Translations under genes and position numbers: made by a program
Shown here: piece by piece, positions 9,856 to 18,672 of the stretch
How the letters are laid out: every line of letters starts with the position of its first letter
How positions within the stretch are numbered: the first letter of the stretch is position 1
The notes under the pieces: generated by a model
Told to the model about the DNA's origin: nothing
Database searches by the model: none
Seen by the model: the letters and a program-made list of their open reading frames with translations, nothing else
Source of the DNA: Gammaproteobacteria bacterium
Lineage (GTDB): Bacteria > Pseudomonadota > Gammaproteobacteria > JAJRRL01
NCBI GenBank assembly: GCA_024279495.1
Contig: JAJRRL010000004.1
Coordinates: 3,432-67,431, forward strand
Length of the DNA stretch: 64,000 nt
Direction of reading: 5' to 3'

Positions 9856-10676
9856 CGAAAGCTCGCGTTTGGTGTGTTTTTGGGAGCTGTTAAGTAAGGA
9901 GTCCATGCATGAATATCGGTCTGCATACCAGCATCGCGAGTGATTCTCATCACAACATCATGAATGTGAAGCTCGTTTTGATCACCAGTAATACCCAAGT
10001 TAGCTTGAGAGACCACAGGTGATACCACCATGGATTTGCTGAGTAGTTTGCGATAAAGCATCATCCCTTGGTAGTCGCGCTTTAAGCGAGAAATATTAGT
10101 GGTGAAAATATTGTTGGCCTGAGTCAGTCCAGCTCCCCAGCCTTTTTTAAGGTAATTGTTCCAAACGATAGCTTCTGTTTTTGTTTTTGGCAGTAGAGTT
10201 TTATTAGGTAGTTCAGGTCGTTTGAAGTTCATTAGTAGATAGTTTCGCCAAGTAGGAGGGGTTGTCACAAACCTAGCAGGCTTAAGAATTTGATAGATCT
10301 TATTGGTGTAGCGAATAGTGTGAGAGTCGGCAATGTGAAGTAAGTTGCTGGCTTCAACGGCAACAGGAGGCAGTACGTTATGAGGTAATAGTAACAAGTT
10401 GAAGTTAAAAATATGATTCAAGTTGGTTTCATTGCTATTGAGTACTTTATTAATATGTACAGAACGCCACGCTAAAGCACCTTGGGCCCCTAAAGAAGAA
10501 GCTGTATGTTGCAAGACTTTGTATCGCATTTTGCTAATCGATTTGGGTTTGTCGATATCTTTGCTCATTTTTATGTAACCGACGTTCGCAGAGAGCGTGT
10601 TAGAAGAAAAATGTGAGCAAGCGCTCAGTGAGAGGACGCCGAAAGATAAGATACAAGCTCTGACAACAGTGGACAT
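9852..10676 (-). CDS. dotC: Dot/Icm outer-membrane core lipoprotein DotC
   Basis: Signal peptide with lipobox (VLSLSAC) when started at ATG 10676, which has an AAGGAA RBS upstream. Lies between dotD and dotB. Confidence 0.85.
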   Translation of the reverse strand: MSTVVRACILSFGVLSLSACSHFSSNTLSANVGYIKMSKDIDKPKSISKMRYKVLQHTASSLGAQGALAWRSVHINKVLNSNETNLNHIFNFNLLLLPHNVLPPVAVEASNLLHIADSHTIRYTNKIYQILKPARFVTTPPTWRNYLLMNFKRPELPNKTLLPKTKTEAIVWNNYLKKGWGAGLTQANNIFTTNISRLKRDYQGMMLYRKLLSKSMVVSPVVSQANLGITGDQNELHIHDVVMRITRDAGMQTDIHAWTPYLTAPKNTPNASFR

Positions 10677-10698
10677 AGACTGTGTTCCTTGTGGTGTT

Positions 10699-11217
10699 TT
10701 AGGTGGGGAAATAAGCCAGCTCAATCAGTTTTCGTTTCGGATAAATATGTATAGCGGCTTTGGCGATGATTTGGTATTCAACATCTCGAAGTAATGCTGC
10801 TACTGTTCTATCTTGTTTTCGGATGTTGACGAGCACAGGAGTGATAGGGGAGCGACCCAATACGTGTAACGTGTAGTTGCCGGCTTTTGCCAGTTGTACA
10901 AGCAGAGGTTCGGCAGGGCCGTTCCAATCAATGGATGTGTGTTGATCCAAGCCCATAGCAACAGGATCAGCTGGTTTTGGAAGCACAGTGTTTGGATGCT
11001 TGGCAAGCTCGAGCGCGGAGAGTTGTTCTAGAGAGTGGTTAGCAGTGGTAGCTGCTTCTGTAAGAGCACTTTGAGCATAGCGATCGATTGCTTGCTGCGG
11101 AGCGCTGGTTGTGGTGATGTAACGTAAGGTTAGATTAACGTCAGTGCCTTTGTCGTTGGATGAACAAGCAACCAAGCCGGTGCATAGAGCCAGAGGGAGG
11201 ATATGTTTGAAATTCAT
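10699..11217 (-). CDS. dotD: Dot/Icm outer-membrane core lipoprotein DotD
   Basis: 172 aa. Lipobox GLVAC S. First gene of the dotDCB operon, divergent from icmT. Confidence 0.85.
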   Translation of the reverse strand: MNFKHILPLALCTGLVACSSNDKGTDVNLTLRYITTTSAPQQAIDRYAQSALTEAATTANHSLEQLSALELAKHPNTVLPKPADPVAMGLDQHTSIDWNGPAEPLLVQLAKAGNYTLHVLGRSPITPVLVNIRKQDRTVAALLRDVEYQIIAKAAIHIYPKRKLIELAYFPT

Positions 11218-11610
11218 GGCGCGTGACTCTCCTGAGTATCTAGTGATTGCATTGGCTTGCCTGGGAAGGCCAACGCAGTGAACTACAAATCATTATAGTA
11301 TCAAAAAATCAAAGTGTTGTCGGCTGTTGATGGGGTCTGTGGGTATTTTATTCTTCTGCTTAAAAATGAAGAAAAATAAAACAGAATTTGCAAACAACTC
11401 TACCTAAATGTTCAAAAATCAGTTTAATTTCTTCTCTTTTGTTCTGATTGTTCTCATTTTTGATTAAAGAGATGAAATATAAGAAACGAGAAGAAAGGAA
11501 AAGTAAGTTAAGTTTGTTTTAAAATGTGTCAACGATTCGCATTTTGAGTGAGTCTCAGTATACAATAGGGGGTGAGAGGAAGAGTTCCTCGTTTGATTTT
11601 GAGGATAGAC

Positions 11611-11871
11611 ATGGCAGTTAGTACTGATCAAGCACACTGGCGAGATTCTGCTCGTGAAGTAAAGTTTTTTATGTTAGATGGCACGACTGCTTTTCCAATG
11701 TTACTTTTTTTGGTGTACATGCGCTGGACAACTTTTGTTGTCGCAGTAAGCGCTACTTTGTTTTTCTCTGTGATCCGTTATTTTGGTTTTACAACGCCTG
11801 TTTTTTTTCGCTTCTTGCGATCAACTATTGCAGGTAAACGAAAAATGTCTATTCCATGGTGGGATCATTAA
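11611..11871 (+). CDS. icmT: Dot/Icm protein IcmT
   Basis: 86 aa from ATG 11611 (GAGGA RBS). Conserved AHWRDSAREVKFFMLDG...PWW pattern typical of IcmT. The track's GTG 11572 start is an N-terminal over-extension. Confidence 0.9.
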   Translation: MAVSTDQAHWRDSAREVKFFMLDGTTAFPMLLFLVYMRWTTFVVAVSATLFFSVIRYFGFTTPVFFRFLRSTIAGKRKMSIPWWDH

Positions 11872-12213
11872 ATGTCAGTATTAGAAAAAAAGCTGGTTTC
11901 TGTTACCAAGCGAATGGGTAAATACTTCACTTTGAAGGGTAGGCAGCTGACCTTGGAAGAGATCTATTCCACATCAGGTTTATTGCCGGGCTTGGTTCGA
12001 CAGGCAGACCAGCTGGCTTCCATGTGCTTTGGTTACGGGCTTGGCGCAACCTTTGAGGATTGTGATGAGTCGCTTATGGGACAACGCGTTATTCTCGATG
12101 AATTTACTCCCGATATCTTGCGCTTGTTTTGTATCATTGACGTGCTTGCTGAAATTATTAAGGGCAACGATACAGAAGGCGTGGTTTCGATGGATGAACT
12201 CCTATACGATTAG
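11872..12213 (+). CDS. icmS: Dot/Icm type IV adaptor/chaperone IcmS
   Basis: 113 aa, matching IcmS length. The start abuts the icmT stop (TAAATG). Canonical position after icmT. Confidence 0.85.
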   Translation: MSVLEKKLVSVTKRMGKYFTLKGRQLTLEEIYSTSGLLPGLVRQADQLASMCFGYGLGATFEDCDESLMGQRVILDEFTPDILRLFCIIDVLAEIIKGNDTEGVVSMDELLYD

Positions 12214-12417
12214 GGCGTGTTCCGAGCGAATAAATCACTTAGAGACCCCATTTATATCAAAGAGGTGACTTCTTTCTTGTAGTCCTCGGGGTGTTGGGGT
12301 AAAATGATGTCCGAATAAATGTTGGTTTAACTCAACATGTTATCGCTTTTATTTAAGAGATTGCCGTAAGTATGACCCGGAAATAGTCCACTTATATCTA
12401 CAGGAATTATCTCAAAT

Positions 12418-12449
12418 TTAAGCATACGTTAATAGAAATGAGTTATACT
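12418..12449 (+). promoter_or_regulatory. candidate PmrA-type box (TTAA-N7-TTAA) with a downstream -10 hexamer TATACT
   Basis: TTAA 12418-12421, 7-nt spacer, TTAA 12429-12432, then TATACT at 12444-12449 (11 nt after the second half-site). Lies ~85 nt upstream of the small ORF and icmQ. Confidence 0.45.
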
Positions 12450-12532
12450 GAGTACAAATAAAGCAAAGTCAACACGTTGGCTTTTCACAGTTTTCGGAAA
12501 TTTGAGAATCGGATCAAAGTAAGGAGTGAGAG

Positions 12533-12706
12533 ATGGCTATGCCCGGAATGCTAGGTAGTGCGCAAAAAAACGCATGTGAATTACAAGAATTCAAAAAAGC
12601 TGTGACAGGCCTTGAAACCATGACAGCTCATGGTGCAAGAGCAGTGGAAGCTTCAGATGTAGGTAATCAGCAAGATTTCAACAACGACGGGGCCTCATTT
12701 TCTTAG
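12533..12706 (+). CDS. 57-aa ORF in the icmR position (candidate FIR / IcmQ chaperone)
   Basis: Below the ORF-track cutoff. Strong AAGGAG RBS 7-8 nt upstream of ATG 12533; TAG stop at 12704-12706. Translation: MAMPGMLGSAQKNACELQEFKKAVTGLETMTAHGARAVEASDVGNQQDFNNDGASFS. Confidence 0.5.
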   Translation: MAMPGMLGSAQKNACELQEFKKAVTGLETMTAHGARAVEASDVGNQQDFNNDGASFS

Positions 12707-12830
12707 GATAGATCTCTATCTTAATCCCCAATATTTTTGCTAAAATAGAATTTGTGTTGGAGCCTTTTCGTGAGATGGGTATAAATGTTCTTCTATTCTC
12801 TTTTGAAAAGGACGCACAAAAGGATGCCAG

Positions 12831-13628
12831 ATGTCGGATATGGAAGACAATACACATTTTGAATCTAATGATGATGCCATGCCCGCTGGTGACTCTATCT
12901 CAGCGAAAGAGGATTCTCATCATTTTAAGTTATCGGCCTCTGAGTTACGCCAGCGTTTAACGATCAAGTGCCAAAAAGCATTAGAAGTCATGCGTGAAAT
13001 TATCCATGAGCATGAATCTCTGGAAGAGCGGACAGTAGAGAGCCGTTTGGAATTGTGTCACAACTTGCTCACTATTTTGTCAGCCGTTCTCGATGCCGAA
13101 GATTGGAGTCATTCACCTTTTGTCAGTAAGGTGATGGAGCCTTTGCAAACCATGCGCTCAGACCTTCAGTCGCTGGAGAAAACCTTGGAAGAGGGCGGCG
13201 ATACAAGAACTAAAGCTCGCCATTCCGCGTCAGTGGTGGACAGTCAGCGAGTAGTTTCCGATAACGATGTAAGTGTTTTTATTTTGCTCTATCAGGTTGA
13301 TGGGGTGGACATGAAAAAATGGATGTCTCAGCTAAAGAATTTGAGTCACTCGATTGTTTCCAGGCCGATTTACCCTAATGAGAAATCAGCAAAGCGCATG
13401 ATTCAGGCGCGACATAACACAGACACAGATGCTTATGTAAAGATCAGTATTTCCAAGCAGCTTCTGCTAGATCAAGGTGGACGAAAGCGGCGAGACCGTT
13501 TGGGTCAACCTTTGCTTGCGTTGACAACAAATAAAATAGCTTCTAGAAGTATTGAGTATTTTGTCCATGATGGTGTTTTGTATACATTTCAAGATGAAAA
13601 GTTAGAGCAAATAAACCATAATGGATGA
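12831..13628 (+). CDS. icmQ: Dot/Icm protein IcmQ with an N-terminal acidic extension
   Basis: The C-terminal half matches remembered IcmQ patterns (VFILLYQVDG...SRPIYPNE...DAYVKISI...LGQPLLAL...YFVHDGVLY). Position upstream of icmP. Confidence 0.8.
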   Translation: MSDMEDNTHFESNDDAMPAGDSISAKEDSHHFKLSASELRQRLTIKCQKALEVMREIIHEHESLEERTVESRLELCHNLLTILSAVLDAEDWSHSPFVSKVMEPLQTMRSDLQSLEKTLEEGGDTRTKARHSASVVDSQRVVSDNDVSVFILLYQVDGVDMKKWMSQLKNLSHSIVSRPIYPNEKSAKRMIQARHNTDTDAYVKISISKQLLLDQGGRKRRDRLGQPLLALTTNKIASRSIEYFVHDGVLYTFQDEKLEQINHNG

Positions 13629-13698
13629 GCGGGGCTATCCCTTTGTGGGTTCTGGATTTTTTTTGTCCAGCGACTAGAATTCAGGAGTACCTTTTTTT

Positions 13699-14871
13699 AT
13701 GTCTCAAGGGCAGCAACAACAAACCACAGCGACAGCCAACTTTGCTTGGCTTTTGGCGCTTATGGTGCTCATTGCTTTGTTTCTTTGGTGGATAGAGCAT
13801 CCACTGATTGTCCGCATTGTTTTTGTCATTCGCGAAGCCGAAGTGTTTGTGATGAGGTACATTTTTGATGGTCTTAATGCCTTGATCGGCGCCTTGCATT
13901 TACCGACAATTGCGCCTCCGTACTGGTATCGTTGGGGGCATTTCATGTTTCAAGCGGGAGAGCAGGTTGACTACAAAGCAATTGGGTGGCAGGACGTAGT
14001 GCTTATTAGCCGCTCCGTTGGTACTTGGTTAACTTACTTATTCTCTATGGCTTCGGTGTTTTTCTTGTATAGGCTTTTGTTTAGACATTCGGGTTCGAAA
14101 TTTTCACGAACTTTTTCGATGAAAACCTTGCGGGCGTCAGAGGCGTCTATTTGGCCAGCCATCACACCTATTCTAAATACTGCGCTTGTGCAAGAAGATT
14201 TGAACACTGGGCCTTGGGCGATGGCCAGAATGCCTTTGGATTTCGCGAAAGACCATGATTTACTTTATGTTAAAAAAGAAAAAAACAACAGTGTATGGGC
14301 TGTGCATGAGGATCAAGCAGAGACAATTTTCACTAAGCAATTAGGCCCTTTATGGCGTGGGGTTGAAAATGCGTCGCCGCATGTGCAAGCTCTTGTTGTT
14401 ATTTTCGTCGCCAGAACAGAACGAAAAAAAGACATTGCCAAAAAATTACTAGACCAATTGGCCATTTCATCTTCTGGTAGTCAGCTGGATTATTCGGGTA
14501 TAGCAGAGCTAGTTCAGGAATACCGCGCTAATAAAGTGTTGGTTTGGTTAGAAAAAAGACATGCTTACACGCTCACTTTCATGGCCTCTTTGTTGGCTTT
14601 ATCTCGAGCTGAGGGTGTGTTGGCATCAGCAGAGTTTCTGTGGTTGAAAGTAAAAGACCGTCCATTGTGGTACATACTGAATTCAGTGGGTAGACAAACA
14701 GCGGTTGTCGAAGTGGCTGGACCCATTGCTCATTGGGTTGCAGAGAAAAAGCTAAAACGAGCCTTAAAAACGCCCATGATCAGCCGAGCAGTTGCTGCTT
14801 TTTCTGAAGAAATGGGTAATATTTTGCACGTTGACAAGGAAGACTCATGGCGCACAAGCAACGAGGGTTAA
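13699..14871 (+). CDS. icmP: Dot/Icm coupling-complex inner-membrane protein IcmP/DotM
   Basis: 390 aa with N-terminal TM helices. Position between icmQ and icmO. Length matches DotM. Confidence 0.85.
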   Translation: MSQGQQQQTTATANFAWLLALMVLIALFLWWIEHPLIVRIVFVIREAEVFVMRYIFDGLNALIGALHLPTIAPPYWYRWGHFMFQAGEQVDYKAIGWQDVVLISRSVGTWLTYLFSMASVFFLYRLLFRHSGSKFSRTFSMKTLRASEASIWPAITPILNTALVQEDLNTGPWAMARMPLDFAKDHDLLYVKKEKNNSVWAVHEDQAETIFTKQLGPLWRGVENASPHVQALVVIFVARTERKKDIAKKLLDQLAISSSGSQLDYSGIAELVQEYRANKVLVWLEKRHAYTLTFMASLLALSRAEGVLASAEFLWLKVKDRPLWYILNSVGRQTAVVEVAGPIAHWVAEKKLKRALKTPMISRAVAAFSEEMGNILHVDKEDSWRTSNEG

Positions 14872-17186
14872 CCGCAGCACAGGATCAGATGCACCAGCGT
14901 GCCATTAGGGACACGCGATCACTGTCAATGCGAATTAGCGATAGCATCAAAAACCCGATGCATGTGGCTGTATTTGTTATGTGCTTCACTTTACTGATGT
15001 GGTTTATGCCTTCTTTGGCAGACCTTACATTTATATTCGTCGTGATTGTTTTCCTATTGTGTGTGACTACTAAAGCAACGTTGCCGTTTCGTATGCCAAT
15101 GCATAGTGGGGAGACGGATTATAATGACGCCAAGCCTGGTACTGGAGGAAAAAGCTTTTATGGGGCCAGGGGAATTTATTATTTTGGTAATGAGCACGAA
15201 AACGATAGAGAATTGTGGTTCGGTGATGGAGACATGCGTACGCACTGTCTGATTTTTGGATCAACTGGTAGTGGTAAAACGCAGGCGCTGTTGTCGATTT
15301 CGTATAATGCGTTGGTGCAATCCAGTGGCTTTATTTATGTTGATGGTAAAGGTGATAATGGTCTCTTTGCCAGTGTGTTTTCCATGGTTCGTAGCATGGG
15401 TCGTGAAGATGACTTGCTGCTTATCAACTTCATGACTGGTGCGCGTGACGTGATTGGTCCGCAAGAACGACGACTGTCTAACACTCTCAACCCGTTCTCT
15501 GTGGGTTCATCTAGTATGTTGGCGCAGCTGATTGTTGGTTTGATGGGGTCATCAAAAGGCGGCGGCGGTGATGACATGTGGAAAAACAGGGCGATTGGTT
15601 TCGTGGAAGCCCTGATGCGTGTTCTGGTAGCCATGCGTGATGCAGGTCATATTCTGCTGGATGCCAATACAATTCGTAATTACTTCTTGTTAGATCGTTT
15701 AGAAACGATGGTGATGGATAAATTATTTATTCGTGATGAGCAAGAGCCTGTCAGCTTAGATAGCTTGCCGGCGTCTGTGCTAGAACCATTGATCAGTTAT
15801 GTTCTTAACTTGCCGGGTTATAATAAAGAGAAAAAAGGCAAACAGGTGTCTCAGGTACTTGAGCAGCATGGTTACATCACGATGCAGCTAACACGTGCTT
15901 TTACTTCTTTGGCGGATACTTATGGTCACATCATGAGAACGCGTTTGGCGGATGTGGACTTGAAAGACGTTGTGCTAAACAGGCGAATTTTGTGTACCTT
16001 ATTGCCTGCTCTTGAAAAGTCTCCTGATGAATTGGCAAACTTAGGCCGTGTGATTATTGCATCGTTGAAGGCGATGATGGCTTCAGGTTTGGGTGATCAT
16101 GTCGAGGGTGAGTATGCTGACGTGATTGAATCTAAGCCGACAAATGCTCCAACACCTTTCTTATGTATCTTAGATGAGTATGGGTATTATGCTGTCGAAG
16201 GGTTTGCAGTGGTTCCTGCTCAGGCTCGTTCACTGGGTTTCTCTGTTATTTTTGCTGGACAGGATTTGCCAGCTTTCCAAAAGGCTTCGAAAGAAGAGGC
16301 CGCATCTATTGGTGCGAACACGAATATTAAAATCTGTATGAAACTTGAAGATCCGACAGAAACCTGGGATTTCTTCATGAAATCAGCGGGTGAGTCTTAT
16401 GTTACGCACGTGGATAACTTCCAGGTCGATCAAGGCAGCGTGATGGGCTCCTATCAAGATGCCAAAGGAGCTAGGCTTGAAAAGCGTGCCAGGATCGATC
16501 TACTCGATTTGAAAGAGCAAAGTGAGGGCGAAGCTCACTTCTTTTTCAAATCTAAAATTGTACGTGGTAGGTTTTTCTATGCAGCGCCTAAGCCAACCAA
16601 AGTGTTGCGATTAAACCACTTCCTGATGATTGATGGCCCAACTGATGAAACGATGAAGCGATTCACAAGTGGTTTGAAAAGCTTCGAGATCTTGCTTAAG
16701 AAGGGGCTGGATTTCTCGGCAGTGCTGATTCAAGATCGAGATTATGAAGAGCTTCATGAGGCCTTTAATCAAGATCGAGATACTGAGTCACTTATTGAAA
16801 GAGCGATGCGTGCTTTAGAGCCCGATACGCCTAGCGATGACTTCTTGGATTTCTTCTCAGGGGAGTTGGAAGAAGATGGTGAGGTGCATCATCTGGATAT
16901 CTTTACCCGCCTTAATACCACCCAGCATGTTGAAAAAGTCATATTGACCGATGATCGAGACGCTTTTGGTAAGCCTTTATTGAATCGATTGGATGTGCGC
17001 GATCAAGTTGAATACATCCAGCGTTTGTTTGGTCAGTCTGGTCAGCAAGCGATGAACGTTGCTATTGAGTTTATTGCTGATATTGAACGCTCAACTCACT
17101 ACGTGCCGTTGGCTGCACCTTACACACCGTCTGAGTTAGCTACTCTCATAGAAGATTTGGCTGGCGACATTTTATTGGTTGAGTAG
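14847..17186 (+). CDS. icmO: Dot/Icm type IV coupling protein IcmO/DotL
   Basis: 779 aa. N-terminal TM segments. Walker A GSTGSGKT and Walker B-like ILDEYGYY. VirD4/TraG-like architecture and canonical position. Confidence 0.92.
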   Translation: MAHKQRGLTAAQDQMHQRAIRDTRSLSMRISDSIKNPMHVAVFVMCFTLLMWFMPSLADLTFIFVVIVFLLCVTTKATLPFRMPMHSGETDYNDAKPGTGGKSFYGARGIYYFGNEHENDRELWFGDGDMRTHCLIFGSTGSGKTQALLSISYNALVQSSGFIYVDGKGDNGLFASVFSMVRSMGREDDLLLINFMTGARDVIGPQERRLSNTLNPFSVGSSSMLAQLIVGLMGSSKGGGGDDMWKNRAIGFVEALMRVLVAMRDAGHILLDANTIRNYFLLDRLETMVMDKLFIRDEQEPVSLDSLPASVLEPLISYVLNLPGYNKEKKGKQVSQVLEQHGYITMQLTRAFTSLADTYGHIMRTRLADVDLKDVVLNRRILCTLLPALEKSPDELANLGRVIIASLKAMMASGLGDHVEGEYADVIESKPTNAPTPFLCILDEYGYYAVEGFAVVPAQARSLGFSVIFAGQDLPAFQKASKEEAASIGANTNIKICMKLEDPTETWDFFMKSAGESYVTHVDNFQVDQGSVMGSYQDAKGARLEKRARIDLLDLKEQSEGEAHFFFKSKIVRGRFFYAAPKPTKVLRLNHFLMIDGPTDETMKRFTSGLKSFEILLKKGLDFSAVLIQDRDYEELHEAFNQDRDTESLIERAMRALEPDTPSDDFLDFFSGELEEDGEVHHLDIFTRLNTTQHVEKVILTDDRDAFGKPLLNRLDVRDQVEYIQRLFGQSGQQAMNVAIEFIADIERSTHYVPLAAPYTPSELATLIEDLAGDILLVE

Positions 17187-17413
17187 ATGTTTTTTTGTGG
17201 TGGTGACAAAGAGAGCAGTCTCTATACTGCAAAAAGGTTTGAAAAGCATGGCTGCCTTAAATAAAAACAAGAAGAATATTTTTTTTGATCACTTTGTTCC
17301 TCAGCCAAAAAATTGCCTCTTGTGACGAGCGCTATCAGTAGCAAATTGTTGTAGTACAACAGCCATAAGTGGATGATTAAACCATAAAAAAAGGATATCT
17401 TGTGTTATACTCT

Positions 17414-17445
17414 TAGGGTACGTCCTAGGGTAAGTTCTTAGGGTA
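17414..17445 (+). promoter_or_regulatory. three direct TAGGGTA repeats (12-13 bp period) between a TATACT -10-like hexamer and the icmN start
   Basis: TAGGGTA at 17414-17420, 17426-17432 and 17439-17445. TATACT at 17406-17411. icmN ATG at 17471. Confidence 0.4.
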
Positions 17446-17470
17446 ATCACAACCTGCGGGTGTATTCATT

Positions 17471-18046
17471 ATGGGTTCAATTACAAAATATTCAGCGAGA
17501 GCTTTTAAGGTTTTAGCTCTTGCATCATTGGTTTCTCTTGGTTTAGTCGGTTGCTTGCGTCATCGTAATGCAACACAAGCAGACTCCATCGCTTCAGCTG
17601 CGCCAAGCCTTGGAAAGATTAGAGCTAGTTATCGCGTTTCTTTGTCAAAATACAAGGTTCATTTTATCCAAAATGGACAAGTGGTTCATGTTATCATTCC
17701 TTCAGATCGATTATATAAAGATGGTTCTGCTAATTTGCGAGATGGAGAGGGAGTGATTTTGGCAACGATCGCGCATTACATCGCGACGTATAACACAATC
17801 TATGTGCAGATAGCTTCTTACACAGATAATAAACTGCCTGCTCCAGTGCGCCTTGCTTTGTCAGACAGACGAGCCCAGGTAGTTGGTGACCGTATTTGGG
17901 CAAATGGTATAGATGCTCGTGTTGTTACAGCTTCGGGTTTGGGTTCTGCAAATAAAATTGATAGTAATCGGTATGATTTAGGACGCCGTTATAACCGACG
18001 AGTGGTTATAACATTTAAATTCATTTCTGATCACTACAGCCTGTGA
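17471..18046 (+). CDS. icmN: Dot/Icm OmpA-domain lipoprotein IcmN/DotK
   Basis: 191 aa. Lipobox LGLVGC. C-terminal OmpA-like peptidoglycan-binding pattern (SYTDN...LSDRRAQVV...NRRVVI). Confidence 0.88.
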   Translation: MGSITKYSARAFKVLALASLVSLGLVGCLRHRNATQADSIASAAPSLGKIRASYRVSLSKYKVHFIQNGQVVHVIIPSDRLYKDGSANLRDGEGVILATIAHYIATYNTIYVQIASYTDNKLPAPVRLALSDRRAQVVGDRIWANGIDARVVTASGLGSANKIDSNRYDLGRRYNRRVVITFKFISDHYSL

Positions 18047-18058
18047 TGAGGGCAAGTC

Positions 18059-18670
18059 ATGCGTGAAAGTTTTTTAGAAAACAGACGAAACTCCTTTTAC
18101 GGAGCAGCTTATCGTCAGCTGATGCGGCTTGAGGTGCTTGCTTTATTGCTTGTGTTTGCCTTGCTATGTGTGCTCGGTTATTTGGTGGTTAAGAAAAGTA
18201 CCCCAGATTATTATGCAAGTACGACAACAGGGCGTGAAGTAAAAATTCACCCTTTAAGTGATCCTGTCTTAACCACTGATTTCATTCAGAAATGGGCTGT
18301 GACAGCTGCACGTTCAGCTTTAAACCTTTCTTTTTCAAATTATCAGGAGCAATTGAGAAAAGCATCAGGTTATTTTACTGATGGAGCATGGAGACAATAC
18401 AGGAACGCGATTGATAGCCGTGGTTTGCTTAGACAGATTAACGATAATCAGTTGATTGTGTCCGCTATCGCAACAAGAAAAGCCAGTATTTTGTATCGCA
18501 GAGTTATTGCTGGGCGCTATACATGGCGAATTCAAGTACCTTTATTGTTGGGTATTCAAACCTCTGGTTCAAAGACATATCAAAAATGGGTGGTTACCAT
18601 GACGGTTGTTCGTGTTTCAACCCTCGATACGCCGCGTAGCATATTGATTGACAATATAGAGGTAGGGTAA
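18059..18670 (+). CDS. icmL: DotI/IcmL-family protein in the icmM/dotJ position (IcmL.1-like)
   Basis: 203 aa with a single N-terminal TM helix. Full-length paralogue of the next gene (shared ...GRYTWRIQVP / GRYAWRILVP block). Confidence 0.8.
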   Translation: MRESFLENRRNSFYGAAYRQLMRLEVLALLLVFALLCVLGYLVVKKSTPDYYASTTTGREVKIHPLSDPVLTTDFIQKWAVTAARSALNLSFSNYQEQLRKASGYFTDGAWRQYRNAIDSRGLLRQINDNQLIVSAIATRKASILYRRVIAGRYTWRIQVPLLLGIQTSGSKTYQKWVVTMTVVRVSTLDTPRSILIDNIEVG

Positions 18671-18672
18671 TC

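Noticed and set aside
11508-11522. Second TTAA-N7-TTAA motif upstream of icmT
   Set aside because: No -10-like hexamer occurs 10-12 nt downstream; the nearest, TACAAT, is 38 nt away. In an AT-rich spacer this could occur by chance, so it was not listed as a feature.
17248-17325. 25-codon ORF (MAALNKNKKNIFFDHF...) in the icmO-icmN spacer
   Set aside because: It is very short and has a weak RBS and no supporting features.
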